A DNA stretch of 64,000 nucleotides from an uncultured virus (IMG/VR IMGVR_UViG_3300017917_002187). Its lineage: Duplodnaviria; Heunggongvirae; Uroviricota; Caudoviricetes. Below, in pieces: positions 8,413 to 17,907 of the stretch (position 1 is its first letter; each line of letters begins with the position of its first letter). The position numbers and the translations under genes were made by a program. Location of the stretch: the IMG/VR virus record IMGVR_UViG_3300017917_002187; one strand, given 5' to 3'. The notes under the pieces are model-generated. The model was not told the origin of the DNA. It worked only from the letters and a program-made list of their open reading frames with translations, and searched no databases.

Positions 8413-8452
8413 TGTATGACATCGGTGGTGTATGACGCACCATATGTATGAC
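8413..8452 (+). repeat. three TGTATGAC direct repeats, 16-bp period
   Basis: Copies at 8413, 8429, 8445. Confidence 0.85.
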
Positions 8453-8477
8453 ACGTGATATTTATAAGTAAAAAAAC

Positions 8478-8864
8478 ATGTTAACAACTATCACACTTGT
8501 ACTTCTTATTGTAGCAATAGGATTACAGATCAAAATCAATCGTAAATTTCAAAGTCAAATCGACTCGAGTCCAACCAGAGGTGAAAGAGGTCCTCAAGGA
8601 TCAATGGGTCTAATGGGACCTCCTGGTCCACAAGGTCCAAGAGGTGAACAAGGACCACAAGGTGTTCCGGGTTTAATGGGACCAGTAGGACCGATGGGTC
8701 CACAGGGTGTACCCGGTGAAGTGGGTCCTATGAATCCAATGACCGACATTGAGATAATGAACAGAAGAGAATACGATGCTATCATCGTAGAAAAAATGTT
8801 ACAGGTTCATCCAGAACTTCAGGGTGATGAACAACTAATGAGAATTTTAGAACGTAATACATAA
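8478..8864 (+). CDS. membrane-anchored collagen-like (Gly-X-Y) protein
   Basis: N-terminal TM helix, then a run of GXY triplets; TATTTAT box at 8459-8465. Confidence 0.85.
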   Translation: MLTTITLVLLIVAIGLQIKINRKFQSQIDSSPTRGERGPQGSMGLMGPPGPQGPRGEQGPQGVPGLMGPVGPMGPQGVPGEVGPMNPMTDIEIMNRREYDAIIVEKMLQVHPELQGDEQLMRILERNT

Positions 8865-8888
8865 CGTATATACATATATAATCTTTAT

Positions 8889-8917
8889 AACCCCGTGTGT
8901 CATACATGGGGTTTTTT
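8889..8917 (+). terminator. intrinsic terminator
   Basis: AACCCCGTGT-GTCAT-ACATGGGGTT plus T-tract. Confidence 0.8.
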
Positions 8918-9159
8918 ATTTTACGACCTGTATAAAAGTAAAAAAATTATAATATGTGTCTCTTATTCACACAAGGGACAATCCCCGGTGTATAAAAGTG
9001 GGGTAAAGTGGGGGTATGTGTTTTTTAGATACGAATATAACCAGCCCAAATTATCCGTATTACATCACCCATTTGACCTAGAAAAATCCTTACGACAAAA
9101 AAAGTCTGGTTATTAGGGTTAAAAACAGGGTTTTTTTAGGGGTTTATTTTTACATTGTA

Positions 9160-9450
9160 TTACAAGAACTTTATAATTAAATCATTAACCATTGTTCTCA
9201 TTTTTTTTTCTATGGTATAAAAACCCGGGAAGTTTCTGGATAAAACCACATGTACATGATCGACATAATACTTTAGTGGTACTCTCATAAAAAATGTGGA
9301 TGTGTATGTTTCATTATAATTATCATAAATTAATGAGTTAACTTTTACCCTTAAAACTTCTGGTTCAATTTCCTTTAAGGTAAATTTATATATACCATTT
9401 GTTATTGTATAGGTCGGATTACCCCTTAGTAATTTAAATTCATCTTTCAT
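9160..9450 (-). CDS. KLLRG-tag paralog family protein 1
   Basis: MKDEFKLLRG; TNGIYKFTL shared with neighbours. Confidence 0.8.
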   Translation of the reverse strand: MKDEFKLLRGNPTYTITNGIYKFTLKEIEPEVLRVKVNSLIYDNYNETYTSTFFMRVPLKYYVDHVHVVLSRNFPGFYTIEKKMRTMVNDLIIKFL

Positions 9451-9743
9451 AATATGTGTTCTTCTATTACCCTTACTATAGTTTCCATTATATGTTTTAC
9501 TTTATAATTGGAACCCCATATATATATACCCTCTATTAACACCTTTCCCCTTTGAACATATAATGATATATCTTTTTTCATTTGGATGAATCTTGTTACT
9601 TCTTTATATGTTCCACCATATTGATTATATGACAAAACAATACCGAGAATACCGGGTTCAACTTCTTTCATATGTATATGATATTCATCATTGGTGAAAT
9701 CATATTGTTTTATTCCCCTTAATAGTTTTAACTCGTTTATCAT
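9447..9743 (-). CDS. KLLRG-tag paralog family protein 2
   Basis: MINELKLLRG; TNDEYHI. Confidence 0.8.
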   Translation of the reverse strand: MINELKLLRGIKQYDFTNDEYHIHMKEVEPGILGIVLSYNQYGGTYKEVTRFIQMKKDISLYVQRGKVLIEGIYIWGSNYKVKHIMETIVRVIEEHIL

Positions 9744-10027
9744 AAGAAGTTTAATTTATCTGTTATTGAACCCATTATTAATACTATTGGTGTTTTTATT
9801 GGTATTAACCCTGCGAGGTGGTTTTCGGTCATTTCAATGTATTTTGTCATTGAATATCTCATTATTACCCTTCTTGTCATTCTTAATGGTTCGTCATCAT
9901 AGGTTGATGATATTTCAATAACCAAATAGTCCAACCATAGTTCTTCTATCTGACTCAATCTTATTGTATATTCTCCCCACGCGATTGTGTGAACACCAAA
10001 TCCCGATAATAACTTAAATTCTTTCAT
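9740..10027 (-). CDS. KLLRG-tag paralog family protein 3
   Basis: MKEFKLLSG; WGEYTIRL. Confidence 0.8.
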   Translation of the reverse strand: MKEFKLLSGFGVHTIAWGEYTIRLSQIEELWLDYLVIEISSTYDDEPLRMTRRVIMRYSMTKYIEMTENHLAGLIPIKTPIVLIMGSITDKLNFL

Positions 10028-10317
10028 ATTTGATTGAATTTTGCATAGGTTATTAATGACAATAAATTTTTAACTATTATTCTTGGTGAGATTATTGCAT
10101 TGGATACTGGTCTTATATATTTAATCAATTCCAAATATTGGTTAAATGTTCCCGTCATTTCAATTATCTCTGTTAGTAATATCAACCCTCTTTCGTTTTC
10201 ATGTTTTATTTCCACATATAATATATTAACATCCAACATTTCAATTATTATTGTGTATTCATTATAACATATGGTTTTTTTTCTTTGGTGTCCTGTTAAT
10301 AGTTTGTAGTGTTCCAT
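10024..10317 (-). CDS. KLLRG-tag paralog family protein 4
   Basis: MEHYKLLTG (ATG at 10317); YNEYTII. Confidence 0.8.
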   Translation of the reverse strand: MEHYKLLTGHQRKKTICYNEYTIIIEMLDVNILYVEIKHENERGLILLTEIIEMTGTFNQYLELIKYIRPVSNAIISPRIIVKNLLSLITYAKFNQI

Positions 10318-10338
10318 ATTGATTACTCCCACGGGCGA

Positions 10339-10632
10339 TTATTTTAGTATAAAATGTCTCAAATCTTCCTTTATGAAATTTAGATTGGTCTTGTAATCGG
10401 TATTGCTATTATTATCCAAATGATTAATCAATACCCTGGCGAAATCAATTGTGGAGTTAAAATGTCTCTTTGTCTCAAGAATATCCTCGTTAATTATATC
10501 ATCACCATAACTAATCGAATAATATATGGCATCACTCGATAACCTGGCCAAATATATCTCATATGGTCCATTGGTTAAGAATATTCTATCCCTGCCAGTT
10601 AATAATTTGTATGTATCCAATAAATTAGTCAT
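10339..10632 (-). CDS. KLLRG-tag paralog family protein 5
   Basis: DTYKLLTG; TNGPYEIYL. Confidence 0.8.
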   Translation of the reverse strand: MTNLLDTYKLLTGRDRIFLTNGPYEIYLARLSSDAIYYSISYGDDIINEDILETKRHFNSTIDFARVLINHLDNNSNTDYKTNLNFIKEDLRHFILK

Positions 10633-10921
10633 TCTGTGTCTTTAAAATTACATTGTATATAACCTTCACAATTTCTGGTGGAGTTTCATCCAAATATGTT
10701 ATGGTCATCTTCATCATGATTTCGGATACCTTAACAATACTTTGAAAACTATGATTATTCATATTCATTCCATCATATGTCATTATATGATAATCACCCC
10801 CGGATTCGTATTTTACCTTTAATGATAATGTATTCTCGGTTAATTTCTTTAGTTCAACCGAATATGGTCCATTTGTTAGTGTTCTATGATACCACCCGCG
10901 AATTAATTTATATCCTTCCAT
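10625..10921 (-). CDS. KLLRG-tag paralog family protein 6
   Basis: MEGYKLIRG; TNGPYSVEL. Confidence 0.8.
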   Translation of the reverse strand: MEGYKLIRGWYHRTLTNGPYSVELKKLTENTLSLKVKYESGGDYHIMTYDGMNMNNHSFQSIVKVSEIMMKMTITYLDETPPEIVKVIYNVILKTQND

Positions 10922-11243
10922 ATGTTATTGGTTCGTCACAATTTGGACATTCCGTCAACAAAAGTAAATTATTTTTGTGAAATGACCAATTGGATACCAT
11001 TAATTTTTCTTCTATGGTTAATAAGGTATATCCATCCAGATTATCTACCTCACCATATATGTCATAATGCTTGTTCTTGTATCTGGTTATAATATGATTC
11101 TTATGTGGAGATATGTATGGTGTGCAACCTTTATACATCTTTGATAGGAGCACGTGGAATTTATAACACCCACCCTGCGTATATATGTGGTGAATGTATG
11201 GGTCCGTATTCCTTAATTCATCAATAAAATCAATTAGTTTCAT
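10908..11243 (-). CDS. conserved phage hypothetical protein
   Basis: YTQGGCYKF, HIIT, YDIYG, C-terminal CPNC. Confidence 0.75.
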   Translation of the reverse strand: MKLIDFIDELRNTDPYIHHIYTQGGCYKFHVLLSKMYKGCTPYISPHKNHIITRYKNKHYDIYGEVDNLDGYTLLTIEEKLMVSNWSFHKNNLLLLTECPNCDEPITYGRI

Positions 11244-11246
11244 TTT

Positions 11247-11507
11247 TCAATGCAACAATGTTGATATATAAATCCCCAAGTATGATCCAACAACACTACC
11301 CGAAACATATCCGAACCACTGGTGGAATGCTTCCTCACTCTTTGAAATCTTCCTGATTACAAAGAAATTTAATGATGCGATGGTGAAATCACTGATTGCC
11401 GCCAGATGATACTGAGCATCAGCCACCGCTCGGTAGTTTATACATAATATCCCATACAATATTACCTGTATAATGAATAGTAGGGATGCTTCTTTAATTT
11501 TTTTCAT
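11247..11507 (-). CDS. small membrane protein
   Basis: Several hydrophobic segments; probable start MKKIKE. Confidence 0.65.
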   Translation of the reverse strand: MKKIKEASLLFIIQVILYGILCINYRAVADAQYHLAAISDFTIASLNFFVIRKISKSEEAFHQWFGYVSGSVVGSYLGIYISTLLH

Positions 11508-13765
11508 TGTGATATGGTTTGTTATTAATATAATCATCAAAACTATGGTAGAGTTTTTTCACGTGCTCCATATCACAACTACCATCATCAGGGTCCACAT
11601 TTACCGGGTAATGTGCATTGTATTCAATCTCATCATTATCATGTTTCTTTATACTATACCACCCGAATCCCTGATTGGTGGATTTCGATGCATAGTTAAT
11701 TCCAAACTTATGTCTAGAATCTTCACCTAACCACCCATATGCAATTAGGTGGTCAATCTCTTTAAATGTGAAATCTTTCATTTTTACCTCCAAATTATTT
11801 CCGTTTCAACTGATATAACCTCATCACCGTCCTCTTTTTCTCGTTCAGACATGTACCTATTAATCCCATCTAAAACATCTTCTCTTGATTGGAATTTAGT
11901 TCCTTCATTCCAATATGAACCACCACATCCATTTAGATATTTTTCATTATCTCTAAAGTTTAATAAAAATAAACTAATACCATCTCTAGTCCAAACTAAT
12001 GAATATACTTTCTTTACTTTACATATGTAATAAAATTTCCCGTTTAATCGGGTGTGTTTTAATATTGTGAATTTATATTTTTTCATTTTTTAGTTTAATG
12101 CGGATTTGATTTTATTTAATAATTGGATATCATCAACCCTGCTAGGATCCATAATTTCCAAAATGTTATCAAGCTCATATGACAACGAACCCCTGACTTC
12201 AGGAATTTCTAAATGTGATTCATCAATCTCTTCGATTGTTTCCACCAAATCAATCACCAATTGACTATGTTTTTCCATTTGATAAAACGTGGCATTCGAT
12301 GCCTCTTTTATCGTTTCAATTAAATTACTATTCATAACCTTCTATTCTTTTATCTTTGTATGTTATTGTTATTAGTTTGGTTGGGGTCGGTTCATAATAT
12401 TCGTCATTAAAATCAGGAACATTGTCTTCATAATACTCCATGCCAGTTTCATAGTTGTTTGAAAACCACATTTTGTATCTTTCCGAATATGTTAATTCTC
12501 GTTCTTCAATCTTTAGTCCCCACCTTATAGAGTATTCTATATTATGTTTACACTTATCTATAAACAAATTTTTTGTGTGAGGTTCAATACCAGAAGGTGT
12601 AAACGAATCACAATAATCATCATATGCTTTATCCAACAATTCTAATTGTTCTTTGTCCATAACTTTCTATTGTTTAATTCTTTTTCCTGGGTAATGTTTG
12701 TTCTGAATTCTTTGTTTACAAACTTCCTGTTAAACCAATCCCATACTTTCTTTGATGAATTCTTTTTAGGAATCTGAGCATTTTGACTTATCGAAACGAA
12801 GTTTTTCGATTTACATGTGTTGTAATGTGGTCTACTTCCGTGAGCATGACACTCTGGACAATATGAAACTGTTTTCCACCAATGGTCTTGTCTGTTGGAA
12901 CCTTGTTCCAACGTTGTTGCTGTTAATTTACGTCTAGACATCTGGTTTTTTATTTTTTACAATTTCGATTAATTTAATTAAACAAGCAAGTTCTGCTTCT
13001 TCGTATGAATAACAATCTGGAACTTCAGCAACACACCCTGAAGAAAGCCTTAATTGGTCAACTAAATCCATATATTCAGGTGTTGTTTTATGAATAATAA
13101 CAGCATGATTGCCATTACGTAAGTAAAATATTTGGAACATAAGATTATGTTTTTCTCTAAACCATCTAAATGCTTGTTGGTATAGTGGTGCAATTACTTC
13201 TTCATCTGAAACATTATATCCTTTCTTATAATATCCTTCAGATTCGTATAATTTCCCATCAGAATCATAAAATGAAAAACATTTTTCATCAAACCCTAAC
13301 TCTTTTAAGGCTAACGATTGTTCGTAAGGTGCGAATTCTCTATTCATACTGTTCAATTATAGTAATTACTTTTATCTTTACCAAATCAGCATCACTTAAA
13401 CCGAATTTATCTGATTGGGCAACATCTGTTGGTGTGGTTAATTTATTATTCCATATAATCGCATCGGCTGGATTGTCGAACCATTCTCTACTGAAGTAAT
13501 CGGATTTCCCATGACCAAAATATTTTCCGTCATTTGAACGGATTAAAATACCTTCACCGGTTTTTCTTCCGATTTCAATTCTGTGTTCAACCAATCTACA
13601 ATCATCAATCGGAACCCAATCCTTCTGAGAAACATTATGGGTTCCCCCACTCCAATCACCCTCCAATTCCAATTCATGTTCCCGGATTCCAACAACACTG
13701 AACACTTCCCCGTGGTTATATCCACGACCACAGGTTACCTTGTCTTTTAATTTATAATTGTTCAT
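11494..13765 (-). other. run of 7 short hypothetical CDSs (11494-11793, 11784-12086, 12090-12335, 12328-12660, 12642-12941, 12934-13356, 13340-13765)
   Basis: Abutting or overlapping minus-strand ORFs; 12934-13356 has an EF.PYEQSLALKELGF...APLYQQAFRWFR pattern common in Bacteroidota phages. Confidence 0.7.
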
Positions 13766-13973
13766 TTCTTACTGGTATAAAAATGTCTTGAGTTGGTAAT
13801 GGTTCATTCAAAACTTCTTGTCTTAAGAATCTGGATGGTATTGACATACTTCTTCTCAATTGATCCAAAAAATATTGTACATCACTATCTTGTATATGAC
13901 CAACATCAATGGTGAACCATCTTTTTTCTTGGTATCCTCGTAGAAGTTTGAACTGTTTCATCATATCCATCAA
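13752..13973 (-). CDS. KLLRG-tagged small protein resembling a T4-type portal fragment
   Basis: KQFKLLRG then RWFTIDVGHI...DIFIPVR. Confidence 0.6.
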   Translation of the reverse strand: MMDMMKQFKLLRGYQEKRWFTIDVGHIQDSDVQYFLDQLRRSMSIPSRFLRQEVLNEPLPTQDIFIPVRNEQL

Positions 13974-14299
13974 TCGTTAGAAATAGACAATGAATCATTA
14001 ATAGGTAAATCTAATTCAATCTCCCACTCCTTATGTTTACTATGTATATAAGCCAAAAGATTTGTAACTTTATCCGCATGATTTTGGTTTTTTAGTTTAA
14101 AAGTCATTTCTTTAACCAACTTTCCATTATCAAGAGAATATTCTATGTTGGATAGTTTTGCAATCTCTTCGTTTTTATAATAAATGGTTATGCCTGATCC
14201 TGTGAATCCTGATGTGTCATATCCTCTTAATGGATAACACCCATAAAATGTGATTGCAAACATTACAACCAACATTAAAATTATTTTCTTTGTTTTCAT
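13970..14299 (-). CDS. putative lipoprotein
   Basis: Signal peptide ending FYGC. Confidence 0.6.
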   Translation of the reverse strand: MKTKKIILMLVVMFAITFYGCYPLRGYDTSGFTGSGITIYYKNEEIAKLSNIEYSLDNGKLVKEMTFKLKNQNHADKVTNLLAYIHSKHKEWEIELDLPINDSLSISND

Positions 14300-14310
14300 A
14301 TTTTTAATGA

Positions 14311-15219
14311 TTATTCTTTTATGATTAGAATTTCGTGTGATTCTTTGTGGTTGGCAATACCTTCTCTGATTCTGTTTTCCCCTATCCTTGTCTCACCATT
14401 ACCCATTGAATAATTCCAACTCGGATACTCCAACCTAAAATCCTTATAATACTCACGAATTGTTTCACAATTATTATACGACATAATGAATTTACCTTTA
14501 TGTGAGTGAAGTAAGTCTCTTAACAACTCATGGTTAAATCCCTCATGGTGAACCGGAATATTTTTCATTGGGTATATTGCTGCGTGCATTTTATTATCAC
14601 TATCTTTACCCATGAAATAAGGTGGGTCCAAATATAAAAACTCATTAGGGTGGTTTGGAATCACATTATCAAAACTACCTTCAGAAACCGATAGGTGGGT
14701 TCCGTTAAAGTTGGATATATCATCAATCATCTTTGACCATTTTTTATCGGTTAAATAAACTGATGATGGCCAACCAAGATAACCAGGACCATATGATGTG
14801 TTGTGGTTAAAATAATAATAAGAAGCAATCTCCACCGGACTTAACTTAATTACATCTTCCCTTACATAAAAATCGGTCTTCCATCCTTTTAACATGTCTT
14901 GGGTATATTCCCATTTCATTAAAAGTTCTTTTACCTCTTTATATTTTTCATCTGTTGGTTCAATGGTTTTTAAAAAACTAACAAACTCTTTATTTTGATT
15001 AATCATTACATCCCAAAATGTGACCAGTGGTTTAAATATATCATACCCCTGCACATCAATCCCCAAGTTGGTTAAGTAGACTTCCAAGGAACCTCCACCC
15101 ATAAATGGCGAAACCACATTTTTTAAATCTTTTGGGAAATAAGGTACGATGTGTTTAATTGCTCGGGTCTTTCCACCCGCATACCTAATTGGTGTCTTGT
15201 TTATATGTTTCTTTGACAT
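14311..15219 (-). CDS. N6-adenine DNA methyltransferase (Dam/D12 class)
   Basis: RYAGGK, PFMGGGS, YLDPPY, E.LI motifs. Confidence 0.9.
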   Translation of the reverse strand: MSKKHINKTPIRYAGGKTRAIKHIVPYFPKDLKNVVSPFMGGGSLEVYLTNLGIDVQGYDIFKPLVTFWDVMINQNKEFVSFLKTIEPTDEKYKEVKELLMKWEYTQDMLKGWKTDFYVREDVIKLSPVEIASYYYFNHNTSYGPGYLGWPSSVYLTDKKWSKMIDDISNFNGTHLSVSEGSFDNVIPNHPNEFLYLDPPYFMGKDSDNKMHAAIYPMKNIPVHHEGFNHELLRDLLHSHKGKFIMSYNNCETIREYYKDFRLEYPSWNYSMGNGETRIGENRIREGIANHKESHEILIIKE

Positions 15220-16036
15220 CTATTTTATAATGTTTTATTATGTTTATTACTCTTTTACTTAACCCATGCATCAATATTGAATTACCTTTATCGGTTCTGG
15301 GTTCTATTTCAAATATAACTCTTTTTTTGTTTTCACCGATATTAATTCTGGCATTTATTTTAACTTTGTCTTCGGTGGTGTAAAATTCAATGTTGTTGAC
15401 TAGCACCTTTATAAACTCAAAATAATCAATTCTATAATAAATTGAACTATCAACATCCTTAACAATCAAATACGGAACATTTTCACATTTTCTAAAATAA
15501 TAATTCAATAGGTCTTCTAATGTTTCTTTATCATTTAACTTATTGATTATTTCATTTGCAAATTCCTTTCTTCTATCTAAAGATAATGAATTTGTTTCAT
15601 ATGTAGAAATCCAATCACGAAATAAATTTATGAATCTTTGTGGTAGTTGATCGATAGTGTGCATTCCCCATTGTATTTTCTCACCCCCTTTTAGTGAAGC
15701 AAATGATTCACCATCTTTTAATAAGTCAGTTTTGTTGGTGCCCAAATTTACTTCGTACCCAAATTGTTTGAAAAATGATTCATCATCGTGTCCACCCTTT
15801 TTCTTTGAAGATGCCATTTCACTTTTCATTCCGTGTGAACGGATTATCTTATCTTTAATTTTAAGTTCCTTACAAACCCATAAGTAATAACCCCATCTAT
15901 CTTCGTCAGAAACATCATCCCGGAATATATATGAATCCAAGTCAACATATAACCTACTAATCAAATCTGTTCTCATTGAAAACCTTTTGAAAATTTGAAT
16001 GAGGTGTTCCTGCATTTCTTTATCTTTCATTCTCAA
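15185..16036 (-). CDS. putative PD-(D/E)xK restriction-endonuclease-like protein
   Basis: GH.DE...KTD...SLK pattern; overlaps MTase start. Confidence 0.45.
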   Translation of the reverse strand: MRMKDKEMQEHLIQIFKRFSMRTDLISRLYVDLDSYIFRDDVSDEDRWGYYLWVCKELKIKDKIIRSHGMKSEMASSKKKGGHDDESFFKQFGYEVNLGTNKTDLLKDGESFASLKGGEKIQWGMHTIDQLPQRFINLFRDWISTYETNSLSLDRRKEFANEIINKLNDKETLEDLLNYYFRKCENVPYLIVKDVDSSIYYRIDYFEFIKVLVNNIEFYTTEDKVKINARINIGENKKRVIFEIEPRTDKGNSILMHGLSKRVINIIKHYKIDVKETYKQDTN

Positions 16037-16964
16037 TCATTTTTAGAATTTTATTATATCTATTTTGAGCTGAAGATCTAGAATCATCTAACTTGGATAG
16101 GTTATTATTAATTTTATCTTTATCTAAATTAATATTATTTTTATTCATTACGTGAATAATAAAAAACAAATTAGATTGTGTTTTAAATGTTTTCTTAGAA
16201 GGTACGGATTTAATGTGTTCATACCACAAATCAAACAAACCAATTATATTATTGAATTTATTAATATCAATATCAGATTTAACAAATGACATCATTAATT
16301 CTGCCTCGGTACTATTTGACATGACTATTCCATCGTTAGCTGAACACACTTTAATTATTTTTATTATATTACCATATAAAGTCCTCTCAACCGAATCACT
16401 TTTATTTTTTACATTATATAAACGTAATAACTTCTCATCACCAATGAATTTATGTTTAATGAAATTGTTAAATGTGTTATCTATACCCCATATTAAATTA
16501 TCACTGGTAACCGTTTTCCCACCATTTACTTTACCAAACTTTCTTGCCAATTCTCTTTTTGTTGCATACTTTATTAATCCAACAAATATTTTTTTATTTA
16601 AAAACTCTAATTTCTTATTTGTGAAGTTACCAATAAAATCGTCATCTGTTATCGATTCTAAACTTGCCATTCTGTGTTGACAATCTTCAATTGAATATAG
16701 TTTACCCTTTTTCAGGTATGAATTAAAAAACTCTTTATCTTCTTTACTTTCAGAACACTCAAAACTTGTTTTTAAGTCTGCAAAAATAAATGGCAACAAC
16801 AAATCGTTGTTTAGTGCCGATTCAATAAAACTTTTTGTTGCGTTTTTTTTAAGTGTAAGTGGTCTTTGGTGAGGTAACTTAACAAACCTACTATTTTTTA
16901 AGTGGTCCAATAATTTAGAAATGGTCCACTCTTCCATTGTATATGTAAACTCCATAATGGTCAA
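16020..16964 (-). CDS. DUF262 (ParB-like) domain protein
   Basis: HQR, IEDCQHR (cf. DGQQR), F.KVNGG. Confidence 0.5.
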   Translation of the reverse strand: MTIMEFTYTMEEWTISKLLDHLKNSRFVKLPHQRPLTLKKNATKSFIESALNNDLLLPFIFADLKTSFECSESKEDKEFFNSYLKKGKLYSIEDCQHRMASLESITDDDFIGNFTNKKLEFLNKKIFVGLIKYATKRELARKFGKVNGGKTVTSDNLIWGIDNTFNNFIKHKFIGDEKLLRLYNVKNKSDSVERTLYGNIIKIIKVCSANDGIVMSNSTEAELMMSFVKSDIDINKFNNIIGLFDLWYEHIKSVPSKKTFKTQSNLFFIIHVMNKNNINLDKDKINNNLSKLDDSRSSAQNRYNKILKMIENER

Positions 16965-17087
16965 GATAATTTATGAAAGAAAAAATAAACCTAAAGCAAT
17001 TACACAAATAAAATACAACAATAACAAAATCGTCGCTAACATTTCTTTTTTTTCTTCTTTTTTACTCATAGTATATAAACTTTAAAA

Positions 17088-17859
17088 TTACCTAATACTC
17101 ATACTCACGTACCAACAACTATATTGGGTATCATATTCAATTTTTGCAACATGCCTTTCGGTGTAGTATCTACCATCACTATTTTTGACATATCCATTCG
17201 AGTATAGTGCTTGTTCGTAATCACTATATGAAGTATTCTTTATGGTATAAAGGTACAATGCACAAATATTGTTTTTTGTAAAATAATATACTTTGTACTC
17301 TGTTGATGACGCAGCTCCCAAGTAATAATCTCCTTGTTTATCATACCCCTCAGTAAGTATGTAACCCTTCAAGTTCATCTCATATTTAATGTCTCTGAAA
17401 GAGAACCCCACATAGTTCTGTGCTCGTGCCGATAATCCAATTACCAACAAGAAAAATAACACTATTTTTTTCATTTTATCTAATTTTTTCTACCTCAATT
17501 GCCACTATTTTTCTTGTCAAATAATCAAGATGAATAGTGAAATACCTCACAACTTCAAACTTATTAAATTGTCCTATGACAATCATATGACCATTGTTGA
17601 AACTATCAACGTACTTGGTTATTAAACCAGAATCCGAATAATTTTTAACTAAATAAGTAAGAACTTTTCTCTTTGTGTGTTTAACTTCGTCCCGACTAAC
17701 ACCAACCCTTATCACACTAACCTCATTTGATAAAAGATTATTTAACTTAAAACCCTTAAAACCATTAACATACACATTCACATCAACTTTCTTATGGACA
17801 TTTTTTACCTGTCCAAACCCAATTAACGGAAATAATATGAAAATTAAATACCTCACCAA
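17088..17859 (-). other. two secreted-type hypothetical CDSs (17088-17474, 17476-17859)
   Basis: Signal peptides followed by Gln (ARAQ, GFGQ); TATATTTG box at 17888-17895. Confidence 0.65.
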
Positions 17860-17907
17860 TCTTAATGTTTATTTTTTTAATCTAATACAAATATAATGTG
17901 TTTTTAT

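Larger units (their letters stand above)
7885..8414 (+). repeat. 61-bp direct repeat pair (7885-7945 and 8354-8414)
   Basis: 58/61 identical; each copy is bounded by two ATTTAGTCTGGA motifs 46 bp apart. Confidence 0.9.

Noticed and set aside
7870..8414. CRISPR array interpretation of the ATTTAGTCTGGA repeats (43-46-bp period)
   Set aside because: Repeat core is only 12 bp, at most three in a row, one spacer is duplicated, other copies are solitary, and no cas gene is in the window
8856..8885. dif-like site (CATAA-CGTATA) at the strand switch
   Set aside because: No TTATGTTAAAT-like XerD arm follows
8895..9116. 73-aa plus-strand ORF in the junction
   Set aside because: Starts inside a terminator hairpin, low-complexity sequence, no protein-like features
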